A program made the position numbers and the translations under genes. The notes beneath the pieces were generated by a model. The model did no database searches and was not told the DNA's origin. It worked only from the letters and a program-made list of their open reading frames with translations. From assembly GCF_902652985.1 (NCBI RefSeq), contig NC_047028.1:27404001-27468000 (forward strand): a stretch of 64,000 nucleotides of DNA. The letters are read 5' to 3'. Numbering within the stretch: position 1 is the stretch's first letter; each line of letters begins with the position of its first letter. Origin of the DNA: Pecten maximus (Eukaryota). Below, in pieces: positions 39,731 through 53,001 of the stretch.

Positions 39731-40800
39731 TATACCAAGGTGGGGAAAAGTAATCATGAAATGGATCCTAAAACTGAAACAAATCGGAATCCAAAAACAA
39801 CATTTAACCACTCGAACACTCTCTGTGATGTTATTGTTGTAAGGAACGACAAAAAGTGAAAAAATATATATTTCAAAAATCACCTTCACCTTCATGTCTT
39901 CATATTTAGAAGTTTGTCTTAGGACGAAGACCGATGTTCGTCGCAAAATAAAAAGTTTTCTTTAAGATTACATAAGGTATATCTCTTGGACGCTTCTAGA
40001 ACATATATGCACATCAAACGCAAAGTACCGTTGGGATATATGGTTTTGTGGTCATCGGTCAAGGATGGGGGGGGGGTCTAACTTAATCATTATGCTTGAT
40101 GTTTAGATAAAACCAACAAAATATATGTAGAATAGTGACTCTGTATATTCACATCATATACGCTAAGTTCTTAAACAGATGAGAGCTTCGTGGTCATCTT
40201 CAAGGGCCAAAGGGAGTTCAGATTTGCTATTATGACAAAACAATACATATGTTTGGTGTAATTTCAAGTCATTTACTACATATAAGCTCACGATCACATG
40301 TTATCCAATTGACAGTTTGTGACAAAGGTCACAAAGTATAAGACGAAGTCTTCTTCAACTCTAATAATGCTACAATAAGAAGGTAATTGCGTAACGTCTT
40401 CTCTCCCTCTCTGACCTTGGCCTTCAGCTCTTAATCGCATTGTGGTACATATGTCTTAGGCTGTCATGAGTTCCTTCCCTAGTCCTGGGTATCTGTCGTT
40501 TGTTAAACGTCCTGCTATGTCCTCAGTTATATCGAAACTGCTGTAAATCTAGTCTGGCCAAATAATGTACAAAGTAAGTCTGTCTAGTCTAAACTCTAGC
40601 CTACACTTCAGCTGATGCCTAATAGACGCCTTCCGTGACTGGCAACATTTTATGGCTAGCCCTACTTGACCAGGGCTGTCAAATTATTCCCGATCTTTTT
40701 TTATTTAGCTCCAGACATCCTGGTACTAATGGTGCAAAACAATTGGCCTGCAATTTGGCCATAACTGATGATAGATGCCGTGTATCAGAAATTATCCATA

Positions 40801-41460
40801 CAACATTGTGAACAAAACTCATCAGTAAATTCAGTCACATGAATTAACATGACTCATATGAAAAGCTTGCAATATTACTACGCAGTAAATAACGTTTTGT
40901 CCCTATGTCTAGTTCCACTACATAGTACAGTACCCTGATAATTCTATAATACATACAGATGTTTAAACATACACTATGCAATAATGTCATTGTTTCATTT
41001 GAAATACATGTTTATATATGTAATTAGTGAGCAATCTGTTACCTTACGCCGTGCTCTATGAACTTCATAACACTCTGTAACAAAGCCATTTTACCACAAA
41101 AAATATACTAAAACTTTTACCTAGAATAATAACTAACGGTCAACTTAGTATGGTATAGTTATATAGTGTAATATATTCAAATATTACGATAACTGTCAGG
41201 ACTATAGAGTCAATAAGGGTAACAGATGTCCATTTCTTAGTAAAAGACAATGTGACACGTATATTGCACAGCGCCATTCATATATCTTAGTACCTACTTT
41301 CAGACAAGGTAAGCACACTCATTTCATATTAGCCACATAATTACTTCCCGTCAAGGTAAAAACGCTCATTTCTTATTTACGTCTTACTTCCGGTCAAGGT
41401 AAACACATTCATTTCATCTTTATGACTTACTTCCGGTCAAGTTAAAATACTCATTTCATG
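40801..41460 (+). repeat. Left copy of ~660-bp direct duplication flanking the LINE
   Basis: Matches 43611-44270 at constant offset 2810 with 4 substitutions seen by eye. Confidence 0.95.
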
Positions 41461-43611
41461 TTTTTTTTTTTTTTTTTTTTAGTTCCAGACAAACATATAC
41501 ATCGATACTCTCTTAATTATGTACATGTAATCAATTTTTATGAATACTCCTACATTTTTGGTGTATTTTAAATCTATTATAATCTACTATTACATTCTTA
41601 ATTATTGGGCAGTATAGTGTATGTAGAATTGAAAACAATCAACCAATGAATATATTGCCTGGAGCTAATTGAAAAATGGGATTGGGGGATAGTTTGGATA
41701 AAAAGTAGAAGCTGATTTTGAAAAGGAAATACAAAGATAAGAGAGAAAGGAAACATAAAAGGAAGAAGAGAAGAGGGAACGAGATTTCCGACGAAAGCAA
41801 AGGCAATTTCTGAAAGGGTGACAAAAAAATAACTGACTATTGCTAATAAAAACATTTAATGGAAAAGAAACGAGTCCAACAAAAACACAAGCAAATTGAA
41901 AAAATATAAAAATTAATTACGTTGGTAAATTGAAATCTATTTCATAATGAAAGACACTACCTTAATGTAATGGTTATATTTATTTTCTAAAAGCTGAATG
42001 GTAAGCACTGAAATCCTCAATAAAAGTAGCTTCCTTGTCACATTTTTTTGCTAAGTATCTCTCGATGTTATATGAAGTTTTAAGGTTACTAATTAGAGTG
42101 GGTAAGTACAGAGCTTTACCTAAACACTTTTGACAATAAATATAGTGCTTCATATTTAGTATTATAATATTTTCTGCTCTGTTATTTTGGTGTGGGTTTT
42201 GTGACATTTTACCAAAAATGAAATCTTTTTTACATACATTAAATGTCTCATTACAAGTAGCTTGCAACCAAATTTGGAAAGCCATAATTAAATTTTGGAC
42301 TTTATTACATTCCCAAAGTACATGCTGTATTGTTTCTTTTTCTATGAAGCAGAAATTACACAAATCAGACTGAACAAAATGAATCTTTTTCAAATAAGTG
42401 TTTGTAGCTAAGACATGATGATTAATTCTAAATTGCATCCATTGTAGTTTTGAATTTTTATTTGTGTCAAAAGGCAATCTGTATATTTGTTTCCATTCCT
42501 CAATAGGTATATTTCCAAATATGGTGTCCCACTTTGCTTGGCCTGTAGGCAATACATTATTTTTATTCAATACATTATACATATCTCTTGTACCTTTTTT
42601 ACTTTTAATAACAATATCAATATACAGTGGTATCAATGGTAATGTAAGTGTTTTTTCAAAATTCCATCCTAATCGTTTGACTGCCAATATAATACCATTA
42701 TAATCAAGGAAGTTAGTATTTAAATTAAAAGCTTCATTAAATTCATTCTGTTGAAGAAAGCTGCCATCTTCTTTAAGTAAATCATTTATAAAAATCACAC
42801 CTTTATCAAACCATTGCTTATAATATACAGTATTATTACCTATTTTTATTAAATCATTATACCAAATTGGTAGAGATAATATTTGTTCTGGCATAAATAT
42901 TTCAATTTTCCCTCTCAATATATTCCACGCATTAAAAACATCAATCCAAAATTTGTTATGAAGTACATTTTTGATATTATATTCAATATATCTATTTCCT
43001 AACGTTAAAAACTTATTTCTATTAATTTTTGTAAAAAGAAGTGTCTGCCAATTTGAACTTTTAAGACAAATATTTCTAATCCATGTTGATTTTAAGGCCA
43101 TTTCAAAATGTTGGATATTAACCATTTTCAAGCCACCTTCTTCATAACATTTCACAATAATATCTCCTTTGACCTTTGCTATTGGACTTCCCCAAAGGTA
43201 TTCATTGAACATATTTTGAATCTCTTTCATAGTAGATTGGTTAGGTGATGGTAATCCTATAAATAAGTGTGTAAGTATTGGTAGTAGCAGTGTTTTTATT
43301 ACGGTTACTCTACCTATCGGAGTTATATATCGTCTATTCCACTGTTTAATTAGTGCCTTTAATTTAGCAATTTTTTCTTTGAAGTTAGACTGAACTATTT
43401 TACTGAGGTCAACATTGAAGTTAATTCCTAAAAGATTAAAATGTGTTAAACCCCATGATAGAGCAAGATTATTGACTAATTTCTCTGAACTGTATTTTTT
43501 ACTTCCTATCCATATAACTTGTGTTTTTGTGTAGTTTAATTTGAGTCCCGATATTTCCCAGAAGTAATTAAGTTCTTTTAAAGCATACCTAAGTGATGTT
43601 TCAGTACCATC
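41461..43611 (-). mobile_element. 5'-truncated L1/Tx1-clade LINE (RT C-terminal part, zf-RVT region, 3' UTR, poly-A)
   Basis: Stop-free ~545-codon frame (41980-43611) with ISGLKLNYTKT, LLGINF, GRVTVIKTLLLP, EEGGLKM, QFRINHHVLATN, CNFCFIEKETIQHVLWEC; T20 at 41461-41480. Confidence 0.95.
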
Positions 43612-44270
43612 AACATCGTGAACAAATCTCATCAGTAAATTCAGTCACATGAATTAACATGACTCATATGAAAAGCTTGCAATATTACTACGCAGTAAAT
43701 AACGTTTTGTCCCTATGTCTAGTTCCACTACATAGTACAGTACCCTGATAATTCTATAATACATACAGATGTTTATACATACACTATGCAATAATGTCAT
43801 TGTTTCATTTGAAATACATGTTTATATATGTAATTAGTGAGCAATCTGTTACCTTACGCCGTGCTCTATGAACTTCATAACACTCTGTAACAAAGCCATT
43901 TTACCACAAAAAATATACTAAAACTTTTACCTAGAATAATAACTAACGGTCAACTTAGCATGGTATAGTTATATAGTGTAATATATTCAAATATTACGAT
44001 AACTGTCAGGACTATAGAGTCAATAAGGGTAACAGATGTCCATTTCTTAGTAAAAGACAATGTGACACGTATATTGCACAGCGCCATTCATATATCTTAG
44101 TACCTACTTTCAGACAAGGTAAGCACACTCATTTCATATTAGCCACATAATTACTTCCCGTCAAGGTAAAAACGCTCATTTCTTATTTACGTCTTACTTC
44201 CGGTCAAGGTAAACACATTCATTTCATCTTTATGACTTACTTCCGGTCAAGTTAAAATACTCATTTCATG
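43611..44270 (+). repeat. Right copy of ~660-bp direct duplication flanking the LINE
   Basis: See 40801-41460. Confidence 0.95.
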
Positions 44271-44635
44271 TTAACGATTTACTTCCGGTCAAGGTAAACA
44301 CGTTCATTTTATCTGGATGACTTACTTCCGGTCAAGTCAAAATACTCATTTCATATTTAGGATTAACGTCCGATCAAGGTAAATACTCATTATATATATA
44401 TGACGTACTTTTGGTCAAGGTAGATACACTCATTTCATATTTACGATTTATTTCCGGTCAAGGGGAATACACTTTTTTCATTTTAACGACTGACTTCCGG
44501 TCAATGTAAATGCACTAATTTGATATATAAAACTTACTTCCGGTCAAGGAAAATAAACTCATTTCGTATTTACGACTTAATTCCGGTCAAGGTGAATACA
44601 CTCATTTCATATTTACAGCTTGCTTCTAGTCAAGT
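44103..44635. repeat. ~43-bp minisatellite, ~13 units (first 4 duplicated at 41293-41460)
   Basis: TTACTTCCGGTCAAGGTAAACACACTCATTTCATATTTACGAC-like unit. Confidence 0.95.
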
Positions 44636-47600
44636 ATCCACTTAAAAAAAAAAATAACCTACAAATATCCCAACAATTTAAAGGCAACTACTTCCTATTG
44701 TAACATGAGTAATCCACAGTCATTGAATCGCTTCCAATGTCTTACGCTAAAAGTGTATAATGTTCGACGCGAGGACACAGTTTAATATCAGGAATTCCGT
44801 AACTTAAAACAACACCAAGATAGTTTAAAGTCCATCCAGGGTCGTTTTTAACACTTGTAAACACAGAACAGCTTGTCAAGTAACAACACTGTTCAGATGT
44901 CATCTAGGATTCGTTTTCAATTACATTGTTCACAGTTCAACAGGGGTCAATGAATTACAACAACGTCAACATTGTTTAAAGAACATCAAGTATATTTCCA
45001 TCTCAGTATAGCCGTATAATTTAAACGTTAAACATTTATCATTTCGATACGCAATCTTTATGAACATAACAAAAAAGTTTTGTTTTCATTTCATAACAAC
45101 AGATCTTCACAATATTATATCAACTTTGTTATCTTTATAACATTAAGGATAGATTCTTAATAGTTTCATTTCGTCATGTCACACGTTTTAAATCTCTTTG
45201 AGAAACTTACGGATGTAGGCATATGAATCATGTATTATTACGTGTTCACTTCCTGCTTGTGACAGCTATAATGGACTAATAACTTATTCTATTGTGGACA
45301 TCCCTTTAAATTCTTTAACAGGTTGATCCAACACGCTAGTCTCGGCGAATTTGCCAGCTGCAGGACATTCTCCTAAAAAAAATACAAAGTTCTGCATTTC
45401 TTCTTTTAATATACCGATCTCTCTTATAAATAGCTCTGCTAGTTGTCTCTCGTGCTTGAAAGATCGTCAAGGTCAGATGTGCTATGCTGATGTAGCTATC
45501 ATCTGTTGGTGAGATCTTCTTTGCTTTTATTCTATGTCCTCCTTCGGTGCTATTTCGCTTGCAGACAATCCAAATCCAAATTTCCTTATTGCACTAACCC
45601 TTCACTTCTGCAAATCACTTATATTTCGCGTTGGATTTATTTTCGCGTTTATACGCGAGGAGAGTCAATCGCAAATTCCAATCCTTCTGAACTATTTGTT
45701 CGAAACTAACATCTACGAAGTTTGCGATTAAATCTTATAAATTATGTATGTTGGTGTTAGAGCTATTTGGGTATTATATTTTGCATCTGTTACGTTGTAA
45801 AAACAGGGAAATAATTGTGTTTGTATGTCTTAGGCGAGCGATGGCCACCATCTTTAGAACTCATTTCAAATTGAAGTGTGCTCCATTTTACAATATCGTA
45901 CCTATTTAGTACAACTGGTACGAACCCGATAAAGGAAAATATAGTATGTGTAGGAGAGTGAAACCCACAGTAGAGTCGGACGCTTCCGATACTCTGATTT
46001 ATCACAAATTGCGTCTTGGCTTAATAACCTGTTTTCGCCTTTGCTTCAATTTTGTAAGATTCTAATTTTATTTTTGTTTTTGATTCATCCGAAAACATTG
46101 AGGAGGAGATAATGTAAATGTACACACTAGCCTATATCTAATAACGGTATTGATATACGTACAATGGTACTCATACCACAGACATGTGTGGTAGATGTCA
46201 TTGTCTTGTAAAATGTCCATAGGTCAGTATCAGTGTCAAAAAGGACTGGTATATTTCCGTCAAGGCGACTCTTGCTACACACACTCGACGATACACAATT
46301 TAGATTTTTGTTGACGAAAGTTTAGCAAATGGATTTTACAATCTAATGTGACGCCAACATATGTACTGGTATGATGATAAACAGGATGACATATACTTCG
46401 GCATATAATGACGATAATTTTGTTAATAGTTTACAAAGTATGTGTCGGATATCGGGCACAGAAGGCAAATGAGTATACACAGCTCCCTCCATCATTGAAA
46501 ATGATGCATTTAATGCTTATTGTTATTTATTCTAACTATCAGGAAACAGGTTACTATAAATGTACATATTTTAACGGTAGTCTTATTTTAGTGTTTTTCG
46601 CGCTGCAGAAGCATTCCGCTAAATTGTGATTTTGCTAAGTGTAGTTTATTTACCTTGGTTTCTATGGCGATTACTGTTGGTGTGCTAATTCATCATTCCG
46701 TTAATCTTTTGTATCAGGGGTTTCCTGTTTGACGAATGTCGACAGTCCTCTTTTTGATGGACACCAACTCGCCCTGAAGGGCACCTGACAGTCCGTCCTG
46801 ACAACTCTGGTCATCAGTTCTTTAAATGTATTCCTAGGCGATTTTAACATGTTTGATGTGAATATATTACAAACAATGCATAGAGGGTGGACTCAAATGG
46901 ACATATTTATGTGCATAATGCAATTTTCTCGACTCTTAAACATTCAATAGTATCCGATTATCCGATTATCCCCATTTGTGTACATTCGTCACACCCAAGT
47001 GGACCTTTTCAACACATTCCGAATCACTGCACACTGATTGTTGTTTTGTCAGTGATATGTTTCCCATATTAACATATACATCATACATCATACATGTTAC
47101 CTATATCATGTTTTTGTCGATCTCAATCTGATACATTCCAAGAGTAATTTTGTACAAGACACACATTGTCAAGATATGTTACCAAGTAAGGAATACAGTA
47201 AACCCAAATATAATCAAGTCAATTACATCATACGGCTGGTTCGTGGAAACAACCATCGTTGTCAACATTGCAGGTTGAAGAAGCAGGAATGATACCATTC
47301 AGAAATGTTCGTGCACATGATGTATTGAAAGTACTTGAATTGATCAGTACATGTATTAACATCTCATCCATGACAGAATATTTCGATATTTTTCACTCGT
47401 GCTTTGCACTCGTGAAAATATCGATAGTCATACTCGTAAAATATGTTATATTCAACTAGAAACCATTTAATATCTTCTTTATATTTTCAACTTAAACAGT
47501 TGATTTCACAACGACGTCAAGTTTACAAATCTGTGTAAAAACGTGACATGCAGCTATGTCACAGCAAATATCAAGGCTTAATTTCTACCAGAGTGTCTAT

Positions 47601-47885
47601 CCCCTTCAATCCCAAAGGAATGTACAAAAGACACACAAGTCATTAGCTCATTTTCGCCTAAATTGATAGAACAGTACATCATACAGCTGTTTCGACCTTC
47701 AAGGACTCGTCAGTAATACCAACTGTATAACGTTTTGATATCTAGGAGGGGATGGATAAAACTATTATAGGTAAAAATACTATTGTATGGTGAGGCCCCA
47801 TTATTAAAGGAATTTCACCCTAACATTTTCGAAAATATAGTCATGCTAAAACATTATAATCTGCGTACCTAAAGATATTACGTTT

Positions 47886-48005
47886 CCGGACTCTGTCTGT
47901 TGTATGATCCGGACTTTGTCTGTTCTGTAATCCAGTCTCTGTCTATTCTGTAATCCGGTCTCTGCCTATTCTGTAATCCGGTCTCTGTCTTTTCTGTGAC
48001 CTGGT
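47886..48005. repeat. 23-bp tandem repeat x5
   Basis: CCGGTCTCTGTCTATTCTGTAAT-like unit. Confidence 0.85.
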
Positions 48006-48672
48006 CCTATTCATTCTTTACATTGTTAGGTTTCGTTCTGGTCCAGTGTGTAGCGATGGCTACAGTCTTAATAGCTCTACAGGGACATTATCAATTGACC
48101 CTGAAATGCAAGGCAGACACGTTCAGCCAAACACCTCAACTCCTTCCTGGCATAATAGCTGGTGCAAGCGCTTTACATCATTATTTCGGTTACAATTACA
48201 GATTTGAGATTTCCTCTCGAGAACCCGCGTGTGGCGGAATCATGGGAATACTCTTATGAGAAAATAGATAGAGGATTATAAAAAGATTTTCCACCTCCAG
48301 GCCTACTGATATTTACTCGAAATCCAGAGTAATTCTTCTGAGTGGGAATATACAATGTCTGACCTATATAAGCGGAAAATGAAAATGAGATGAACTTGGC
48401 AACAGAGTTGTAAGCTTGGGGTTCCTGAACTGAGTTAAGATGAGATATTGGTTACGTACAGCAATTCTGCATATAAATGTGACTTGTAAACATTTGCATG
48501 AAGATAAACCTATACCTGAAAATATAGAATAATATAATAACATCTTAGACATTTCCCTCGCTTAACCACAGATCTCAGCGTTTTGAAATGCTAAAGGTCA
48601 AATTTGTTATTTCTACATTTTGGTTTTATCTTACTACATGTATAATAGGTTTTTTTTCTGTTTTTTTCACAG

Positions 48673-48714
48673 CCGGGTTCTTCCATACCAACATATACCG
48701 TCACAACAATACTG
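48673..48714 (+). CDS. iGluR/IR-family gene, exon 2 (start of S1)
   Basis: Polypyrimidine-CAG acceptor, PGSSIPTYTVTTIL, GTAAGT donor; joins to give VTTIL-HEPY, like the canonical VTTILEEPY. Confidence 0.85.
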
Positions 48715-49749
48715 GTAAGTAAATATATACCATATCAACAACTTATATAATTACAAGTACAATGTGTATATCATCTGTAGATATACATCATATAACGAAA
48801 CGAAAAACCACAGCTTAATTGCTATACGTCTCAGTAACGAAAGCCAGTGTTGTGTAATATTGCCTTAAGTGTTCTCAGTGTGTCATAGAGCTACGAAGTT
48901 AAGTAGATATTCGCCGTAACAATCTCATGAACTCGGCCTATCCCAGTTCAGGCGTAGTCTGATTCCAAATTAGGACCGAATTGAGTGGATGAATAGCGGT
49001 TGGTTTCAGGTTCAACAAGCCTGGTAATTTGAAAGTCCTTTCATGCAATTAATGACATGCAAAACTATCCTATGATATCATCATATATCAGTAGAATTGT
49101 AGAATATAGTTTACAAAAAGGTACTTAGTTCTGAAAACAGTGTTGTTGTAAATGTATATTGAATCTTAAAATAACTTTTTTTAACATGTGCTCTATTCTC
49201 CATTGCTCTTGTATATGGAATAAAACTACTTTTTATACCTAACAAGCATATGGATATCCTCCTATATTTAAACATAACAAGTTGGTACTATTCATGCACA
49301 ATATAGTGATTTATGTTATAGTGTCTTAAAGAAACACGAGGGTACGTTTCATTGCACTTACTATATAGATCATCATCTATAAGCAGATTATAGATCGGTA
49401 GCATATTTAATTTTTTGTCTGTTTTTTTATATTTTTGTTGTTGTTTTTTTGTTGTTGTTTTTGTTTGTTTTTGTTTTTGTTTTTTTTTTGCTTTGCATGT
49501 GAATTTATTATTGTTTTTTTATTTCTTTATTACTTCTTGACATTTTTATTTCGATTCTCACATAAAGTATTCACATATTACAGAAAGAAATAAAGACAAC
49601 TTTCACACACACACATGCATACATAAACTGTATATACATATATATATATCTTGAATACAAAGTAGGTAGCTTAGCTATAGCTAATAGGTGAATAAAACAA
49701 CTTTCATAGAAGGCAGCATAATCAGTATGAAATTATGTGTCAGAAGTGA

Positions 49750-50340
49750 TGACAAAAATGCATGAAACAGTTCTTTTCTGTCTATTGATCAAAAAGATTA
49801 CGAAAAAGCCTCCATTTGTGAGTGAATAAAGTGTACCTACCATCTATGGTTGATGTTCATTTTCCCATATTGTAATAGTCCAGTTTAGTAAGTAAATAGT
49901 AAGTATTCTCTTTACACATTCAAATATGAGTTGTTCCCCTTTACCACACTGTTTATCAATATATTGTTTAATAATGGGTATTATAAGGTTATGTTTTCCA
50001 AACAATATTGGCTTTTTTGACAGATTTAAATATAAAGAGGTTTTTTTCAAATATCCAATTTTCAAGTAATATCCAAAGCCTCTCAACGTATTCACAAACA
50101 CAAAACATGTGTAAAAGTGTTTCAATTTATTCTTTATAAAAGGTACAAGAATGATCATCATATATATTTATTTTAGTTAGAAGGCATTTGTTGTCAATAC
50201 TTTATGTATAACTCTGTACTGGAGCGATCTCATCGAGACATCATTTGTTGTTCTAAACACTGTTATTTGAATTTTCAATTTCACTAGTTCTGCATGTGAA
50301 TATTGTGAACTATTATTGAATCAATGGGACCCCCATTTCA
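49750..50340 (-). mobile_element. Old degenerate L1/Tx1 3' fragment
   Basis: Minus strand reads FRTTNDVSMRSLQYRVIHKVLTTNAF*...SCTFYKE*IETLLHMFCVCEYVERLW (zf-RVT remnant); T/GTT-rich tract at 49410-49490 may be its tail. Confidence 0.75.
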
Positions 50341-50605
50341 TTTTCGTAGGGCGCTTGTTGAACCTTAAGGAGTATTGCCGACTGAAATGACCGACACCAT
50401 CGAACAAAAAAGACAAAAACATAATTAAAAATATTTTATAACAAATAACGTATTTGTCCAAGCAAAGAAGTATAATAAAATACCGAAAGTGTTAAGTTAA
50501 ATGAATTAATATAATTTTGGGGTTTACGAAAAGAGTTTTAGTGTTTGATTATTATTTTCCTTCTGGATAAATAAAGCACTAACATAATTAAAATGTTATT
50601 CACAG

Positions 50606-50806
50606 CACGAGCCCTACATAATGATGAACCCCAAATCTACGGACAATTCCACTAAATACATTGGCATCGTTAAGGATATTCTCGACAGGATCGGTCAGAT
50701 ACTCGATGTCAACTTTGAGTATATCCATGTGGGGGATGACGATTTCGGTCATAGACACCGCGTCTTCGGAAACTGGAGTGGCATGGTGGGTCAATTGATT
50801 CGTAAA
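50606..50806 (+). CDS. iGluR/IR-family gene, exon 3 (S1)
   Basis: CAG acceptor; HEPYIMM...YIGIVKDILDRIG...FG...NWSGMVGQLIRK; GTAAGT donor, phase 0. Confidence 0.93.
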
Positions 50807-51498
50807 GTAAGTAGCAAACATACTCCTCCGTAAAGTAGGTTTTATGACCTTAATAACATTTGCATCAAGTCGTTCTTGTAATAGAAAGTTTCAAGCACTT
50901 TTTTAAGCAGATGAAAATTCCTTTGGAATGGAGCTCTTCGTAAGGTAGGTACCCCGTTCTTCAGTAAGAAGGTGTTACGTCCTTCGTTAAGTAAGTATAA
51001 GTTTTGCATGATTGGCATCAAGTCCCTCGTTAAGTAAGTATTAAGTCATGCGTAAAGCAGGTATCGCGTTCTTTAGTAAGAGGGTGTCAAGTTCTTCGTA
51101 AAGTGTTTTTGTAAGGTAGGTATAAAAACGTTTTCAATATTGTAATCAGTTGAGTAATTTCTTCAAACCTGTTGTCTGTTTATATTTTTCGTATGAAATG
51201 TACCAGTCTATACCTTCTCATTGTCCTACTGACCTGGCCACATTCAACAACAGCATATATAGAACTAAAACCTTAGTTGCTCAACTGGTTAAGTATTTGT
51301 CCGATAGAATAAACGGTTAGTTTTACTTGAAAAAGAGTGATTAACATAAAAAGAGGGTTGACTTCATTGACAAGGTTTGGAAACATTACTATTGGAAGAG
51401 ATTGCATTGATAACGAGTATGATTACAATAGTGGGAGAAACTTTAGTCCACATTGCGCATGACGTCATTTATGACAGATAATTCCACTTTTCTAATAG

Positions 51499-51728
51499 GA
51501 AGCTGACATCGCAGCGTCACTGAGGGTAACATCTCAACGGGCCAAGGATATTCACTACTCACAGACGTTTGCAACAAGTGGTGTGAGCATTTTACTAAAG
51601 AAGCCAAAGATCCATTCCCAAGCACACAACACCGCCACACTTCCATTCCAACCATTCACTGTTGGAATATGGGTGTCCATCATCGTGGCATTCGTTATTG
51701 TATCACTGGTATTGTACGCTATTGGCAG
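51499..51728 (+). CDS. iGluR/IR-family gene, exon 4 (S1 end, M1)
   Basis: EADIAASLRVTSQRAKDIHYSQTFATSGVSILLKKP...PFQPFTVGIWVSIIVAFVIVSLVLYAIGR; TAG acceptor, GTAGGT donor (phase 2). Confidence 0.93.
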
Positions 51729-51869
51729 GTAGGTTCACTTTGTTCAGAAACGCTTCGGTATTGTAATAATAATAATAAGAATCTTTTACAAGTAAACACA
51801 TAAATGACATGTTGATTAAGATGTGGTAGGCAATCTCGTCATGATAGAAGCTAGAATCATTCCTTATAG

Positions 51870-52080
51870 AGGCCACGGTGGCGAAGTGGTTAAGGTGTCC
51901 CAACACTGTATCACTAGCCCTCGACCTCCTGGTCGCGAGTTCGAGATACACGTGGCAGTTGCCTGATAATGACCGTAGATCTGTGTTTTTAATCAGGGTA
52001 CTCCGGATTTCCACCACCTCCAAAACCTGGCACATCCTTAATGACCCTGGCAGTTAATATGACGTTAAACAAAGAAAAAC
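51870..52080 (+). mobile_element. tRNA-derived SINE, family A (intronic)
   Basis: A-box GGTGGCGAAGTGGTTAAGG, B-box GAGTTCGAGA, core GGGTACTCCGG, tail GACGTTAAAC + A-rich. Confidence 0.9.
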
Positions 52081-52696
52081 TAAAGCAATCCCGTCCTTAC
52101 TTGTTATTTATGCCGTTGTATTGTCATACAATTATATATATTACATGGAAAATGCAATGAACGGTCTTGCTATAGTATTAAAAGTCATGATAAATGACAA
52201 TGATTGTATTGAAACTAATAAATATTACATCCTTAATAACGTATAGTTCTGTAAATTATTAAGATTCGTGTGCGATTAATTTTCGCGTTAATACGCTAGG
52301 AAAGTCAATCGCGAATTCAAAACCAATTATTTGTGCGAAAATAAAACCTGCATGGATGGAGGCCAAGCTATCAGTTACCAATATAGGAGTATTGTAGAGT
52401 CTATGATTATAAAAGTTCATCATTCTCGAAGTTTAAGTCATTTCTAGATCAACGTTCGCGAAATAATTATTCGCGAATATATCTGAAAAGTTCGGGAAAT
52501 AAAGTATTCGCGAAATCTGAGTCATTTAAGAACTTCAGTAATGGACATCTTAATTGTACTCAGATATCGTGAGTATTCTCTTTTGCCAATCGTGCATTCT
52601 CGGCTGTTACTCTGATAGATCAGAACGCCAGTCCTCTAACTATAAAAGACTATCGCTTAAGGTTAATTTGATAACTTATATGCTACAAATTTGTAG

Positions 52697-52785
52697 GCTT
52701 AATCCGGAGGAGCGAGTTACTGAACGTGGGGAAAATAACATTGCTACCGCCTTCTTCATGACCTTCAGCATGCTGTCATTACAAG
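52697..52785 (+). CDS. iGluR/IR-family gene, exon 5 (M2 pore loop)
   Basis: RLNPEE...NIATAFFMTFSMLSLQG; intron phases 2 and 1 fit the neighbours. Confidence 0.92.
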
Positions 52786-53001
52786 GTTAGTAGTAAAGAA
52801 TTCACATTTTTTTTATTATTATCATTAAAAAATTCGCATATTAGCCTCGCAGAAGACTTCTATGGAGCGCAGATTCATTATTACTTCTCATTTAGCAGTA
52901 AAACTTTAATATAATCTTTGTGGTATTTACTTGTTATCTTATTATTTCGAATTAGTTTTCAACTTAAAATGATCTATAAAAGCTGTATATCTTGATTTCA
53001 G

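Noticed and set aside
44103-44635. CRISPR-like array (conserved core plus variable spacer)
   Set aside because: The spacers are homologous to each other, the context is eukaryotic, and there are no cas genes.
47996-48259. 87-aa ORF with hydrophobic start as the receptor's first exon
   Set aside because: Starts at GTG within a 23-bp repeat, ends in a stop and has no good phase-0 donor; 34025-34108 fits much better.
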